IMG/VR virus record: IMGVR_UViG_3300050821_013430
Span: 62,001 to 126,000 of that record
DNA length: 64,000 bases
Reading direction: 5' to 3' (one strand)
Every line of letters starts with the position of its first letter. Position 1 is the first letter of the stretch. The notes under the pieces were generated by a model. The model had not been told where the DNA came from. It ran no database searches and saw nothing but the letters and a program-made list of their open reading frames with translations. Shown here in pieces: positions 19,442 through 30,194 of the stretch. The position numbers and the translations under genes were made by a program.

Positions 19442-20275
19442 TTACGGACTTATTGCAATATCGTATCTTGCACTGAGATAACTTTGAACAAGTATCATAT
19501 TACTATAAGCAAGAATGCTGTTATATATGAGCACCTCAACTATTTTACCATTGAGGAAATGGCCTGACATATATTGATTATCGGCGCCCAACCAAACACC
19601 ATCTGTACCAGCACCTACGGAACCAGCTCCTACTGTGCCTGTTAGATTTGGTGTAGTTTTGCTGATACCAATCGCTGAACTTGCGCCATCATATTCGCCA
19701 CGAAATACTTCTGGGTATCCAGTTGCCGATATTGAGGTAGTAAGATTGGTGCCTCCTGCCAAAATAGAATATACCCCATCATTATTGTATAGCCAAGGGT
19801 TTGTTACCGTATCACCACCAACAAATATCTCAGCGCCACCTCCGACGGTTCCATCATCATTAGCAACAACAAAAATGGTATATGGTTGTGCTACTGGTGA
19901 AGCCCAAGTTCCAGTAGACTTCATATATTGAGATAAAGAATCCCTAAAACTAACTGATGGAAAACCGGCATACATATTATCTGAGGCGTTGAATGTTGGA
20001 TTAGCGCTACCACCCGCTCCCACCATATTTTTATTTGAATCACCGGTGCCGCTCTGGTCTGCCCAGCCCGTAACCTGATTACCGGACAATGTAATACCCA
20101 TATCGCTTCGCAACCACAACTGCAGTCCTGAAATGCTGGTTGGTGAGAAAAGTGTTGGTAGCGTTGTAGGCACATACTCAGTGCCATTGAACTGCAATAC
20201 TTGCCCGGTGATTGGTGGCACTGATGAAACTGGAATACCCTGAATCGCTGTGACTCGTTTTTTAACATCGGACAT
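19442..20275 (-). CDS. Virion protein with LamG/concanavalin-A-like domain
   Basis: LQLWLRSD..VTGWADQSG..LNGKIVEVLIYN, with N-terminal AIQG module. Confidence 0.7.
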   Translation of the reverse strand: MSDVKKRVTAIQGIPVSSVPPITGQVLQFNGTEYVPTTLPTLFSPTSISGLQLWLRSDMGITLSGNQVTGWADQSGTGDSNKNMVGAGGSANPTFNASDNMYAGFPSVSFRDSLSQYMKSTGTWASPVAQPYTIFVVANDDGTVGGGAEIFVGGDTVTNPWLYNNDGVYSILAGGTNLTTSISATGYPEVFRGEYDGASSAIGISKTTPNLTGTVGAGSVGAGTDGVWLGADNQYMSGHFLNGKIVEVLIYNSILAYSNMILVQSYLSARYDIAISP

Positions 20276-20286
20276 GTTGTCTCCTT

Positions 20287-21153
20287 TTATACCTTACTAA
20301 GTATATTCCAAATACTACCATTAAATATAACAGTAATTCCGCCAAAATTAGTATTAATTACATAAGTAGAAGCGGCATCAATATTAACTCCACCTCCTGA
20401 TACTGTTAGATTATTAGTGGATGCAATACCAACGGAATCTTTAATTATATAAATATCTCCTGCCGATGGAGATGGCGGTAGTGTAATAGTAAATATTCCT
20501 GATGTCGTATCACCAAGAATAATATAATCATAAGCAGTTGAACGACCATTATTTATGGTATAATCTGATGTAATATTAACTATTTGACTAAATCGTAGTC
20601 CCGTACTATTAAATCTAATATTTTTGCCTGTCAAACCTATTTGGGCAACATCAGGATTAGTGGATGCGTTAAAAGCATCTAATACAATTTCTTGTGCATT
20701 ATCATGCCCATAACCAGTTGTTAAATAGATAGATGCCTGTCCTCCACCATTTTGTGCGCCAGCATCTAGTTGAATATTATTACCACCGGCAGAACTTGAG
20801 GTCGGGGCACAACCACTAAAAATATTAATCGGTCCATTGCCACCGCCTCCAACTTGATCAGTAGATATTGTTAAACCGCTTGTACCATTTGTGCTTTGTA
20901 TTAAAACAGCGCTAGCATCTACAGTACCACTGTTGCCAGTTAAACCTATAACTATTGGATTTGGATATGTTCCAGATAAATCACCTCCGGCGGGCCCATC
21001 TGGTATTCCACTTGGTGTTGGCAATGGTTTAGATTCCCACTCATCATTTGTATTAATCCAAGTCAATACATAACCATCTTCACTCGCGCCTAGTATTTCT
21101 CGTTTAACCTGATTTCCTTGAATTGCATAAACGATTTTTCCGACATCAGACAT
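20287..21153 (-). CDS. Virion fibre/adaptor protein
   Basis: AIQG..DGYVLTW module, GGDLSGTYPNP, C-terminal domain shared with 630..2309. Confidence 0.65.
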   Translation of the reverse strand: MSDVGKIVYAIQGNQVKREILGASEDGYVLTWINTNDEWESKPLPTPSGIPDGPAGGDLSGTYPNPIVIGLTGNSGTVDASAVLIQSTNGTSGLTISTDQVGGGGNGPINIFSGCAPTSSSAGGNNIQLDAGAQNGGGQASIYLTTGYGHDNAQEIVLDAFNASTNPDVAQIGLTGKNIRFNSTGLRFSQIVNITSDYTINNGRSTAYDYIILGDTTSGIFTITLPPSPSAGDIYIIKDSVGIASTNNLTVSGGGVNIDAASTYVINTNFGGITVIFNGSIWNILSKV

Positions 21154-21176
21154 TTTAATCTCCTTATGTTAAATAT

Positions 21177-21707
21177 TTATTTATGCGCATCAATCGCAAG
21201 TTCAAACCATACATTGTGGATTGAAATACGATCTACTTTATTAAATCCAACTGATGAAATAAGTTTTTTCAAACTTTTTTCTGTATAACCATAGAAATGA
21301 CTATCAGGTATAGAGTTTTGTTGGTGCATTTCATCTTGCTCTCCCCAAATCAATCTAGAATATTGATATTGGGCTTCGCCTTCGCTTGCTAACCAGAGTG
21401 GCATTGCCTTTGCCATATCTGGTACTGATAAACGCAATCGACCATTTGGCTGTAACACACGATGACATTCTTGCATTACAAATATAGCCTTCAATCGTAA
21501 TAGATGTTCGAAAAAATCACCCATCCAAATCTCTTCGATTGAATTATCAGATTCTCGTATACCTTGAGATATATCATAGCATTCAAAAAATCCATTGTTA
21601 GTATCAAAATCTTTGCAAATATCAATGCTTTTCCACCCGATATGATCCAAGGAGATCACATTCAGTGCTGCAAGGCCGCTTCTTCCTGATCCAAGATTGA
21701 GTTTCAT
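21177..21707 (-). CDS. Class I SAM-dependent methyltransferase
   Basis: MKLNLGSG, FFEHL, ECHRVLQPNG..SVPD. TAATG coupling to the upstream glycosyltransferase. Confidence 0.85.
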   Translation of the reverse strand: MKLNLGSGRSGLAALNVISLDHIGWKSIDICKDFDTNNGFFECYDISQGIRESDNSIEEIWMGDFFEHLLRLKAIFVMQECHRVLQPNGRLRLSVPDMAKAMPLWLASEGEAQYQYSRLIWGEQDEMHQQNSIPDSHFYGYTEKSLKKLISSVGFNKVDRISIHNVWFELAIDAHK

Positions 21708-23797
21708 TATATTTGTGCAACTTGAAGAATAACACCACGCATCTCGCGCAAACTCCAATCATTGACGGGATCACTGAAATTATTGGCTTGTTTGCGACGC
21801 CAAATAGGATAGTTAGACATATGATGTCTAATCCTTCGTGCGTGCGGCATCACAAATCTCGGATTGATAATATACACCTTATTGTCTTTATCTACAATCC
21901 AAGTGAAACCGAGTTTCTTGACCAAGATATCAGAAAAAACATTATCCTGACACAAATGTGCTCCGTCCAACTCTTCATCCCAGCCATTGACCTTAAGAGC
22001 GGCTTCTATCTTAAGGCTCTCGTTTTTAGCATTAAAAGCTTGATGATCTCCAGGACCATATGGCATAAATAATTTAGTATCAGCATTACCCATACTATCT
22101 AATGACAGGGCTTCTGGATCTTGATCGAATGGCTCCTTGAAAATACTCCACATTAAATGGTTTAACTTACCTGTAATAATATCACTCACAAATAAATCAG
22201 TATCTTCATTTTGATAAGGAGTAAAATCAGGATGTAATTCCGGTAAAGATTTATACTGGTGAGGACACATATAGCCCATATTTTCGGCTAAATTAATGTT
22301 GTGAAACTTAATATGTTTTTCCACACAATCTGTGGGTAAATAGGTATAATCAGTGATCATTAACACCAATGAAGCAGAGGCGTTTACAAAACCAGTATTA
22401 GTGGTATGTGCTAAACAGCTAATAGGAAACACATTTTTTATTGGTTCGACATGTTTAACTATGAAATCATATTTTTTGCTTTCTTGTGCTACAATATCTT
22501 TCCGATGCTTATAAATACCATCTACCAATATCAGTTCAAAGTTCTTGAAAGTTTGTCGCTCTAAACTTTTGAATACTATATCTAAACCGCCTGGGCGCAT
22601 CGTTGGCATAATAATAGAAATAGCTGGTGTCTTACTGCCACTGATATTTGGTATAGATAATGTATTACTGTGTTTTGGATTGTCTTCAATCAATTTACAC
22701 ATCTTATTAGCAATATTAGTCCAAAGATATTTTTGAGCAAACAATTTACATTTATCTCGGGCATTATTGGCAAAGGTTATATCAGTTAAAGCCTTTACTA
22801 CTCCCGCTGCGTACTCATTCAATTTTGTGGCTACTGGCATTTCAGTCATCAAACAGCCACTATGTCGATAGATACCACCAATACAATCAGCGGAACTAAT
22901 AGCTGGAATAGCGCCAGCCGCGTGAGCTTGCATTATACTCAAACTAAATCCCTCCGAAAACGCAACGGTATCTACTGGATAAAGTAGAACGGATGCTTCG
23001 CTCATTTGTCGTTTCATTTCTTCAACACTAACAGAGCCAATTTGTTCCACACCCATATTCTTCATTCGTTTTATTGCTTCACGGCAATAACGCAATCTAT
23101 GACCCAGTTCCGTAACGTGAGGATGATCGGTGGTAGAGTTAGGCTCAATTTTTAGTACAGGGCCTTCTTGAAAATGGTAGAATATTTTTAGACTAGCTTC
23201 TGGAACCTGTTCTTTGATTTTGGGAAAAGCCTGTAATGCCAAATGCAAACCACGATCTGCCGATGAGCAGAAAATCATCCGCCCTGGCACCTTTTTATTG
23301 TCTTCGTACCAAGAAGGATCACATCCTAATGCCAGCGTTTGCCATTTTTCGGGTTTGGGGGCCTGGCGCTGTAAATGTTTAGTGTGTTGATCACAAACTC
23401 CTAACCATAGATCTACATAATCATCATATCCTGACTGACAGTAAGTAAAATCATTAAGAAACTGCCAACAAATACGAAATGGTTTCTCATTGACACCACG
23501 AAGAGCGTCTGGTTCATTAATAGAGATCACTGCATCAAAACTCTCATCAATAACAGTATGCCGTTCAATGAAATTATATAGTTTGCATCCCTGCCAAATA
23601 TCTGGTTTATTATTAGGTTGGGCATTCTTGGTAAACATATGGATTTCGTGCCCAAGTTTTTGTAGCTCGCTGCTGATAATGCAAAAACTAAGATCTGTAC
23701 CAGTTAGTCCCCTACCACTTGTCCAAATATTATCGAACCAAAAATCAAGAGGGCGCGTCGATAAACTCCATTCGCCAAGTATGACTGCAATTTTCAT
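21707..23797 (-). CDS. Bifunctional glycosyltransferase (GT4-like + GT2-like)
   Basis: SSADRGL..FSEGFSLSIMQA (GT-B), then ISIIMPT..FELILVDG (GT-A). Confidence 0.85.
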   Translation of the reverse strand: MKIAVILGEWSLSTRPLDFWFDNIWTSGRGLTGTDLSFCIISSELQKLGHEIHMFTKNAQPNNKPDIWQGCKLYNFIERHTVIDESFDAVISINEPDALRGVNEKPFRICWQFLNDFTYCQSGYDDYVDLWLGVCDQHTKHLQRQAPKPEKWQTLALGCDPSWYEDNKKVPGRMIFCSSADRGLHLALQAFPKIKEQVPEASLKIFYHFQEGPVLKIEPNSTTDHPHVTELGHRLRYCREAIKRMKNMGVEQIGSVSVEEMKRQMSEASVLLYPVDTVAFSEGFSLSIMQAHAAGAIPAISSADCIGGIYRHSGCLMTEMPVATKLNEYAAGVVKALTDITFANNARDKCKLFAQKYLWTNIANKMCKLIEDNPKHSNTLSIPNISGSKTPAISIIMPTMRPGGLDIVFKSLERQTFKNFELILVDGIYKHRKDIVAQESKKYDFIVKHVEPIKNVFPISCLAHTTNTGFVNASASLVLMITDYTYLPTDCVEKHIKFHNINLAENMGYMCPHQYKSLPELHPDFTPYQNEDTDLFVSDIITGKLNHLMWSIFKEPFDQDPEALSLDSMGNADTKLFMPYGPGDHQAFNAKNESLKIEAALKVNGWDEELDGAHLCQDNVFSDILVKKLGFTWIVDKDNKVYIINPRFVMPHARRIRHHMSNYPIWRRKQANNFSDPVNDWSLREMRGVILQVAQI

Positions 23798-26283
23798 TGT
23801 GTGGCCTCTTTCAACTTGTTATGATTTCCAAATCTTGGATCACCATTGTAATAGCCCCGGCCCCCATCTCTGTAAGCGGTGGTTGGATAGTATGGCACAA
23901 TGGGATTGGTCTTCATACTCTCTATCAGATCATGAAACATAGCTTCCCAATCCTTGGCCAAAGTATCTAGTCCGAAATATTCCTTGGCATATTGCTGCAG
24001 CTTGGCTCTATCGGTATCATCCTCCTTGGTGAGGGCTTCAACGGTCGCTTGCACAAACTTGTCCTTATACTCGGGACTGGTCCATTCCCCTGGCAGGAGC
24101 ACGCCACGATCGGCTACCGTTTCATTGAGAGCGGCGATGGTAGATGAGATCATTCGTGTGCCTGCAGCCTGAGCTTCCATTGCAGATAGGCAAGAAGTCT
24201 CAGAAAACCAAGTTGAGTACAACCATGCACCGGCTGACAGGTATTCTTCTGCCAATTCTTGCTGATTTACTCGATCGTGATATACAACGCCCAATGGTTC
24301 CATTTCCTTGATCTTGGCCTTGAGGAAGTGGATCAGGTTCATTTGGTTCTGATCGTGCTTGGCTACAAACTCCCAGTTCTTGAAACCGTAGAACAGGTGA
24401 AGCGTCGCGGCGGGAACTCGCTCTTTGATCTTGGGCCATACCTCCAACAAGATCGGCCAGCTGCGGTCAGGGGAGCTTGAATTGACGCACTTGAAACGAT
24501 CGCGGGGGACTGTCTTGTCGAATCGGGTCAAATCGATCCCATTGCGCGTCACTACCACGTGCTCTGGATGCAAGTTGTGCCAGTTAGTTAGATTAGACTT
24601 ATGCCATTCAGAAAGAGCCAAAATTCTATCTGCCTTCAACAGCAGCTCATTGGTAGCATTAATAGCGAAGATGTCGTGCACCCAGAGTAGCTTCAGTTTG
24701 GCCTCAATGCCATACTGGTCTCCAAGCATAGCTGCGTTCCTGGAGACTACCAGAACATCGCAGGTCAGGTTCTGGTATAGATTGGAAGGGTAATATTCCA
24801 CCCCATCAAAAGTGCTGGCGATCCCGCAGCTGCAATAGACCCGAACCCTATTATCAAGGGCTGCCAATCGTTTGGCCATTTCCATAGCCATAGTTTCAGA
24901 ACCGCCCATACCAAACTTTTTGATCGTCTCGGGTGTCCAAATTTCTACTCCATCACCAAGTGCAAAAACAATATCTAACTTACCTTCTTTTAGAGGTACA
25001 ATGTTATTGATGATAGTTAGTCCGGGAATAGGTTGATTGTTGATGATCGCGGCTACCTGCTCTACACCAACTTGTGTTAGACTGCCGTTGTTTTTCAGGA
25101 CATTAGTGTTCTCTACTATCTTCTGTCGGGCTAGAAAGTCTTCATAGAGCCGTTTGTTGTTTAGGAAGTTGGGGTCATTGGGTTGCTTTTGTATTCCGAT
25201 ATTGACGCTATTCAATGCTCCCACCACATCGCCCAATTTATTGAGCGCTAGGTTGAGATACTTATGGATTTCGGAATCCCGTTCCAATGGATTGATGAAT
25301 AGTAGAGTTTTGGTTGGAGGAAGGTTTAGTCCTGCTTTGGCAAAATACGCGCAGCGTTCCCAATTCCGCATCTCCTGGGGTCCGCCCCGAGAAGCGAAGA
25401 AATAGAACATCCGAGCCAAAGCAAAATAACCTTCTCCCCAATTCTCTTTGATCTCAATAGACTTGAAAGCCCATTTGATACCATCGTCCAAGTTATTTTG
25501 GGCCTGGTAAATATCGACCAATTTGAGGCAAGCCATCACCCGCTCATCTTCCCAACCAGAAACTGAAACATACTTGGTTAGATGCTGAATAGACTCATCG
25601 ATCAGCCCGGCATTGGCGCACTCTAAACCCAAGTAATAGAGTTGGCGAGCATCACTATCGCCTACCTTCTCGTAATACTTTTTCAGGATCCGAAGATTAC
25701 GATCAGGCTCGTGCATCTTGGGACTGAATTGTCGGTGATGCTTGAACACTAAGTCTTCGCGAGGAATATGAGCTACTCTGACATTATCCTTTGGAATAAG
25801 GACCTCGTGCACGGGATTTACCCACTTATAGAAGTCCTTCTTGTAGAAGAGCCTTTCTCGATAGTGTTGTAGAGTGCATTGACCTAACTCATTATAGGCA
25901 TATTCATAAGGGAATAGATAGGAAATAGTGTCTAAATGGGTATAGTTCTTCTTGAAGTCTTCAATAATAAGAGGAAGATTTTGACATCCCTCAATGGTAT
26001 CATCTGCGTCACACCACAAAATCCAGTCTTTGGTTGCCAAATCGAACGATCTTTGGCGAGCTTGCGAAAAATCCTCAATCAGACCAGTGGTTGGATCATT
26101 GCAATCAGTATAAACCTCGAAAATATCAGCGTATTTCTTGGCTATTTCAGGTGTGTTGTCGGTAGACCCGGTATCGACAACTACCAACTCTTCTATATAG
26201 GGTCTGATAGATTGAAGGCACTTTTCCAGAAAAGGTTCATTCTTTACGATGATACAGAGGCTAACAGGGCTCTTTTCGGTCAT
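23794..26283 (-). CDS. Glycosyltransferase GT2-TPR-GT4 fusion
   Basis: SLCIIVKNE..VVDTGSTD..DADD..VHE (GT2), TPR helices, GGSET..SSPDRS..ETSCLSAMEAQAAG (GT4). Confidence 0.9.
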   Translation of the reverse strand: MTEKSPVSLCIIVKNEPFLEKCLQSIRPYIEELVVVDTGSTDNTPEIAKKYADIFEVYTDCNDPTTGLIEDFSQARQRSFDLATKDWILWCDADDTIEGCQNLPLIIEDFKKNYTHLDTISYLFPYEYAYNELGQCTLQHYRERLFYKKDFYKWVNPVHEVLIPKDNVRVAHIPREDLVFKHHRQFSPKMHEPDRNLRILKKYYEKVGDSDARQLYYLGLECANAGLIDESIQHLTKYVSVSGWEDERVMACLKLVDIYQAQNNLDDGIKWAFKSIEIKENWGEGYFALARMFYFFASRGGPQEMRNWERCAYFAKAGLNLPPTKTLLFINPLERDSEIHKYLNLALNKLGDVVGALNSVNIGIQKQPNDPNFLNNKRLYEDFLARQKIVENTNVLKNNGSLTQVGVEQVAAIINNQPIPGLTIINNIVPLKEGKLDIVFALGDGVEIWTPETIKKFGMGGSETMAMEMAKRLAALDNRVRVYCSCGIASTFDGVEYYPSNLYQNLTCDVLVVSRNAAMLGDQYGIEAKLKLLWVHDIFAINATNELLLKADRILALSEWHKSNLTNWHNLHPEHVVVTRNGIDLTRFDKTVPRDRFKCVNSSSPDRSWPILLEVWPKIKERVPAATLHLFYGFKNWEFVAKHDQNQMNLIHFLKAKIKEMEPLGVVYHDRVNQQELAEEYLSAGAWLYSTWFSETSCLSAMEAQAAGTRMISSTIAALNETVADRGVLLPGEWTSPEYKDKFVQATVEALTKEDDTDRAKLQQYAKEYFGLDTLAKDWEAMFHDLIESMKTNPIVPYYPTTAYRDGGRGYYNGDPRFGNHNKLKEATQ

Positions 26284-26358
26284 TTCTTTCTACTTTCGGC
26301 TTACTGAGGCTCAACACCGTATATATCGACCTTTCCATATGTTTGACGATGACCAGAA

Positions 26359-28416
26359 TTACAACACAGTATTTGGCGTACCGGCATCATAACGAGCTTT
26401 GGCCGGTAGGGTAGCCGTATTGCCGGTAGTGGGGTCGACCCAAGGCCACGGATTACTACCGAAAAACTTGGGCGCAGCACTCAAATACAGAGAATTAGCC
26501 AATGATTGGGCAGGGACAGTGGTCCAAGTTTGCTTACTTTGTAGCCAGTCCCAGTTTCCTTCTCGAAGGGTAGTAGTGGTAGTTTTGGGATCATAGGGCT
26601 GCGGACTAACATCGTCCCATCCAAGCAACCAGATGGCGGGTGTAACCATACCAGAGGGACCGGTAACATCGTAAGTGTAACCGCTCATCTGTCCTTGTGC
26701 TCCTAAGACATTGCCCACGAAGCTCATATAGTAGCTGTATGCCGTAGAGCCTGCACAACGCTCTGGTGAATTGCCTTGGCTGGCGTCATTGATAGCGCTG
26801 GCACCAACTGCAATCGTTAGTGTCCCGCCCACTCCGGCTCCAGTTTTGGAAGCAATCGAAGCGGAGGTTGAAGTATATTCGGCTCCACCGTTGGTGACGG
26901 TGAAACTAGTTGGATTACCGCTGCCGTTGACCGCTGTAACCGTAAGTGCAGCTGACAAGCCATAGATCGGATCTTGCAAAGCCAATGTTAGTTGATCTCC
27001 CGCCTTATATCCAGTGCCACCGGTCATCGAAGCTGAAACAACTGTGCTGGTACTTGGATTGGTGAAGGGACCGCTTCTGATACCACGCAACCAGTTGCGG
27101 AAGATGGTGTGATAGGTAGAACTACCGTGGGTTTTATCACTATCCCAGTTGAAACCGTAGTTGCCTTCGAACAGCATATGATGGGGCCCGACCATATGGC
27201 TGCCATTAAGTCCAATTTCGATCCAGTTCTGATTGGTGAGAATGAAGCCCTCGTCCATATAGTTGTAACCTGCTACTGCTCCTGCGCCGGAACAACGAGC
27301 AACCATTACCTTATTGGCCCGGATCGAGATGTTGTTCTCGATCAGAAACTCGGAAGAGCCATCCGAAGAACTAATGGCATAACCACCACCTCCTGGCTCG
27401 GACCAGGCGCCATCGTGAATATAACTATCCCTGATCTCGCACTTGAAAGCGTTAGTCAACGCTACGCCCTCATTGAGCCAAATAGTGATCTCTACTCCTT
27501 TGACCCAACAGAAAGCCGCGCAGGTCATTCTAATACTACCATCAGAAAATCCCATCATCGTTAGGTTTTCTACGCCTGCATTGGTGACAAACGGATTTCC
27601 TGTGAAACCGGTTAGTTGGGCGGTATGAGCGGCCCGATAGTTGGAGTGCAGTGGGGTTGTAAAGGTAATAGTGTTACCACTGACACTTTGGATCTGTTTG
27701 ATCTCGCCTGTTGGCCTATCTTGACGACAGAACCAAGACGCCGCATCGCCACTAGTAGGTGTAGTAGCGGTCAGTGGATCATCGATCTGATTGGCGGGAT
27801 TGTGAAGCTGCCAGGTAACTTTCCAATCGGGAGCGGCCCAAATCTGACCACGACCTAATGGGTCGGTCATCCATTTTGCACCAGAGAGTTCGTCCAATAA
27901 CACGAATACACCAGCAGTAAATCCACTACCATTAGCAACGGTGATACTGTTAGAGCCTTTTACTCCGTCTACACTTAGATTTTGAGAAGTGTTATCAGGA
28001 TTGGGCCAACGATTAGGGCCGATTACCGCGAAGGCTTGATAGTCCGTAGCCTGATAGGAAACCATCGTGGCGCCATTGGTTTTCTTGACGATGGTTTTAC
28101 CAGCGCCTGCACCTCGAAGAGTGATGGGTGTGCTGATCAGAATGAAGTTATTGACGATGAAAGTCCCAGCTGCCAACATTACTACTTGGTTATTGGGACA
28201 AGCATTAACTGCGTTTTGGATGGCAGTACTATCATCACCTCCACTGGGAGAGATAGTAGTATAGATGGTAGTTCTGTTTGGGATACCACCAATAGAGTTA
28301 AGGCCCGGGTTCCAGGTTGTTAGCCTGTCTGCCGAAATGATAGGAGCATTCGTATTTGAGGTACGAAGTCGGGCTCCCAATCCAGGAAGGGATAATCCTC
28401 CACCGATGGGGCTCAT
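26359..28416 (-). CDS. Pectin-lyase-like beta-helix spike/depolymerase
   Basis: GDDSTAIQNAVNAC..VMLAAGTF..ITLRGAG and FLIENN/LFEGN coils, with an inserted GGTGYKAGD fibre repeat. Confidence 0.7.
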   Translation of the reverse strand: MSPIGGGLSLPGLGARLRTSNTNAPIISADRLTTWNPGLNSIGGIPNRTTIYTTISPSGGDDSTAIQNAVNACPNNQVVMLAAGTFIVNNFILISTPITLRGAGAGKTIVKKTNGATMVSYQATDYQAFAVIGPNRWPNPDNTSQNLSVDGVKGSNSITVANGSGFTAGVFVLLDELSGAKWMTDPLGRGQIWAAPDWKVTWQLHNPANQIDDPLTATTPTSGDAASWFCRQDRPTGEIKQIQSVSGNTITFTTPLHSNYRAAHTAQLTGFTGNPFVTNAGVENLTMMGFSDGSIRMTCAAFCWVKGVEITIWLNEGVALTNAFKCEIRDSYIHDGAWSEPGGGGYAISSSDGSSEFLIENNISIRANKVMVARCSGAGAVAGYNYMDEGFILTNQNWIEIGLNGSHMVGPHHMLFEGNYGFNWDSDKTHGSSTYHTIFRNWLRGIRSGPFTNPSTSTVVSASMTGGTGYKAGDQLTLALQDPIYGLSAALTVTAVNGSGNPTSFTVTNGGAEYTSTSASIASKTGAGVGGTLTIAVGASAINDASQGNSPERCAGSTAYSYYMSFVGNVLGAQGQMSGYTYDVTGPSGMVTPAIWLLGWDDVSPQPYDPKTTTTTLREGNWDWLQSKQTWTTVPAQSLANSLYLSAAPKFFGSNPWPWVDPTTGNTATLPAKARYDAGTPNTVL

Positions 28417-29372
28417 CAGTTGATCGCTTCGTGGGCTGTTTGAACCCAGTCGGTAGAGTTGAAAATGAAGGTGGATGCACGCGCTTTGCTGGCAGGGAAG
28501 GTGTAGAGTGTTCCTCCCGCCGGGCCACCATTGACGATGGTCAGAGTGAAGGCGGTCGCATCCAAACGAGCGATGGTCAAGCTCTCATTGGTCACTGCGC
28601 CAGTGGTATCGAGGGTGATGGTTTGGTTAGCAGTCAGAGTGGCCGCGGGCATATTGAACTGATTGGCGGTGCCAACATTGATATGCACGCTTGCGTTTCC
28701 GAGCACGGAAGAAACGACGGTAGGCGTTGCGGAAATAGTGCCGTTGGCAGAGGCCACAAGGGCACGAGTTCCAGTACCGGCAAGGAAAGCGACGGGATTA
28801 GAAATAGAACCTGCGGCTCCTTGAGCCCCAGTAGCTCCCGTTGCGCCTGTCGCTCCCGCTGCGCCTGTCGCTCCCGCTGCGCCTGCTGGTCCGGTAGGAC
28901 CGGTTGAGCCTGCGGAGCCTTGAACACCTTGCGGACCCTGTGGTCCTGCTACACCGGCAGGACCTGTGCTACCTGCTGGGCCAGTAGATCCAGCTGGCCC
29001 TGTATTACCTGTCGAGCCAGGAGCGCCTTGTGGGCCTGCATTACCTACTGGGCCTGCTGGTCCGGTGCTACCTGTTGGACCTGAAGGCCCGGCAGGACCA
29101 GTATTTCCCTGTGCGCCTGCTGCGCCTTGTGGGCCCTGTGGCCCTTGAGCTCCTTGCGGACCTACACTTCCTGCGTTGCCAGCTGGGCCTGTCGGTCCCG
29201 TTGATCCTGCGGGTCCGGCAGGACCAGTGCTGCCAGTTGGCCCTTCGGGTCCCGGGGGACCCGCTGGACCTGTTGATCCTTGTCCTCCGCCACCTCCGAT
29301 TGTGTTTTGATCCACGAAGGAGAGGTTATACTTGTATCCGTCCCAGGTAAGGCTTGGTATTAGGTTGTCCAT
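28416..29372 (-). CDS. Collagen-like fibre protein
   Basis: Continuous Gly-X-Y tract (GST/GPA/GPQ) followed by a globular C-terminus. Confidence 0.85.
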   Translation of the reverse strand: MDNLIPSLTWDGYKYNLSFVDQNTIGGGGGQGSTGPAGPPGPEGPTGSTGPAGPAGSTGPTGPAGNAGSVGPQGAQGPQGPQGAAGAQGNTGPAGPSGPTGSTGPAGPVGNAGPQGAPGSTGNTGPAGSTGPAGSTGPAGVAGPQGPQGVQGSAGSTGPTGPAGAAGATGAAGATGATGATGAQGAAGSISNPVAFLAGTGTRALVASANGTISATPTVVSSVLGNASVHINVGTANQFNMPAATLTANQTITLDTTGAVTNESLTIARLDATAFTLTIVNGGPAGGTLYTFPASKARASTFIFNSTDWVQTAHEAIN

Positions 29373-29418
29373 GTCAAAATGTCGAATTATTCCTATGGCC
29401 CATCTGTTGAAATTTGAG

Positions 29419-30150
29419 TTAGGTCATACCATAGAATATAGTATCAGTGAATTGTACTTTCGTAGTATGTGGGGTGTCAGAGGTAAATCCGACGATCATT
29501 TGCGCCCAATCGCCTGATGGAGTCAATTTGGTATTGGCGGTGAAGGATCCGCCAGTTGAGGTTGATTGCTGTTCCATCGCACCGCCGTTGCCAGTACCTT
29601 GTTGACCGTTGCTCCACATGACGAATGACCAGCCCGTACCCAAGCCATTTTCAGTTGTATTAGTATACATATAACCAATAAGCAGCTCATGTTGATAGGA
29701 GCAGGTAACAGGCCCTGCGGTGGCAGTGGTGCCAGATGATGCGCTATTGATCGTGCAAGCTGACAGATCTAAGGCAGTCACTCCTGACAACTCTATGATG
29801 AATAGCTCTGGAAAGTTAAATGCACCATTGGTATTAACATTGATAGTAACGGTATTAGTATTCGCGGCCGCGGCTTTTATTCCGACGCAAACGAAAACAT
29901 ACATAGACATGCTATGTGCTGGCGAGGACAACGATAACACTTGTTGGTAAGTATTACCAGCGCTATCGGACATTGAAGTAAAAGTTGCAGTTGCATCGAC
30001 CCATGACATGCAGACAAGATTGGTGTTACCAGCGGTTTGGGCGTGAATATAGGTACAGGTGACGGGCGAAGAGGAAGCGGTACTACCATCAGTAACACCA
30101 GCCCCCATGCTATCACCTGATTGAATGGGAAAGACGATTGAGATTGCCAT
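29419..30150 (-). CDS. Beta-sandwich virion surface protein
   Basis: S/T-rich, [15 protein letters not shown], lies among fibre genes. Confidence 0.5.
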   Translation of the reverse strand: MAISIVFPIQSGDSMGAGVTDGSTASSSPVTCTYIHAQTAGNTNLVCMSWVDATATFTSMSDSAGNTYQQVLSLSSPAHSMSMYVFVCVGIKAAAANTNTVTINVNTNGAFNFPELFIIELSGVTALDLSACTINSASSGTTATAGPVTCSYQHELLIGYMYTNTTENGLGTGWSFVMWSNGQQGTGNGGAMEQQSTSTGGSFTANTKLTPSGDWAQMIVGFTSDTPHTTKVQFTDTIFYGMT

Positions 30151-30194
30151 AGTATTATGTTCCTCTAATCATTTTGTTCTGACTATGCGTATAA

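Noticed and set aside
13125-26283. Bacterial O-antigen or capsule locus
   Set aside because: There is no flippase, polymerase or exporter, and the cluster is interleaved with virion genes in a phage context.
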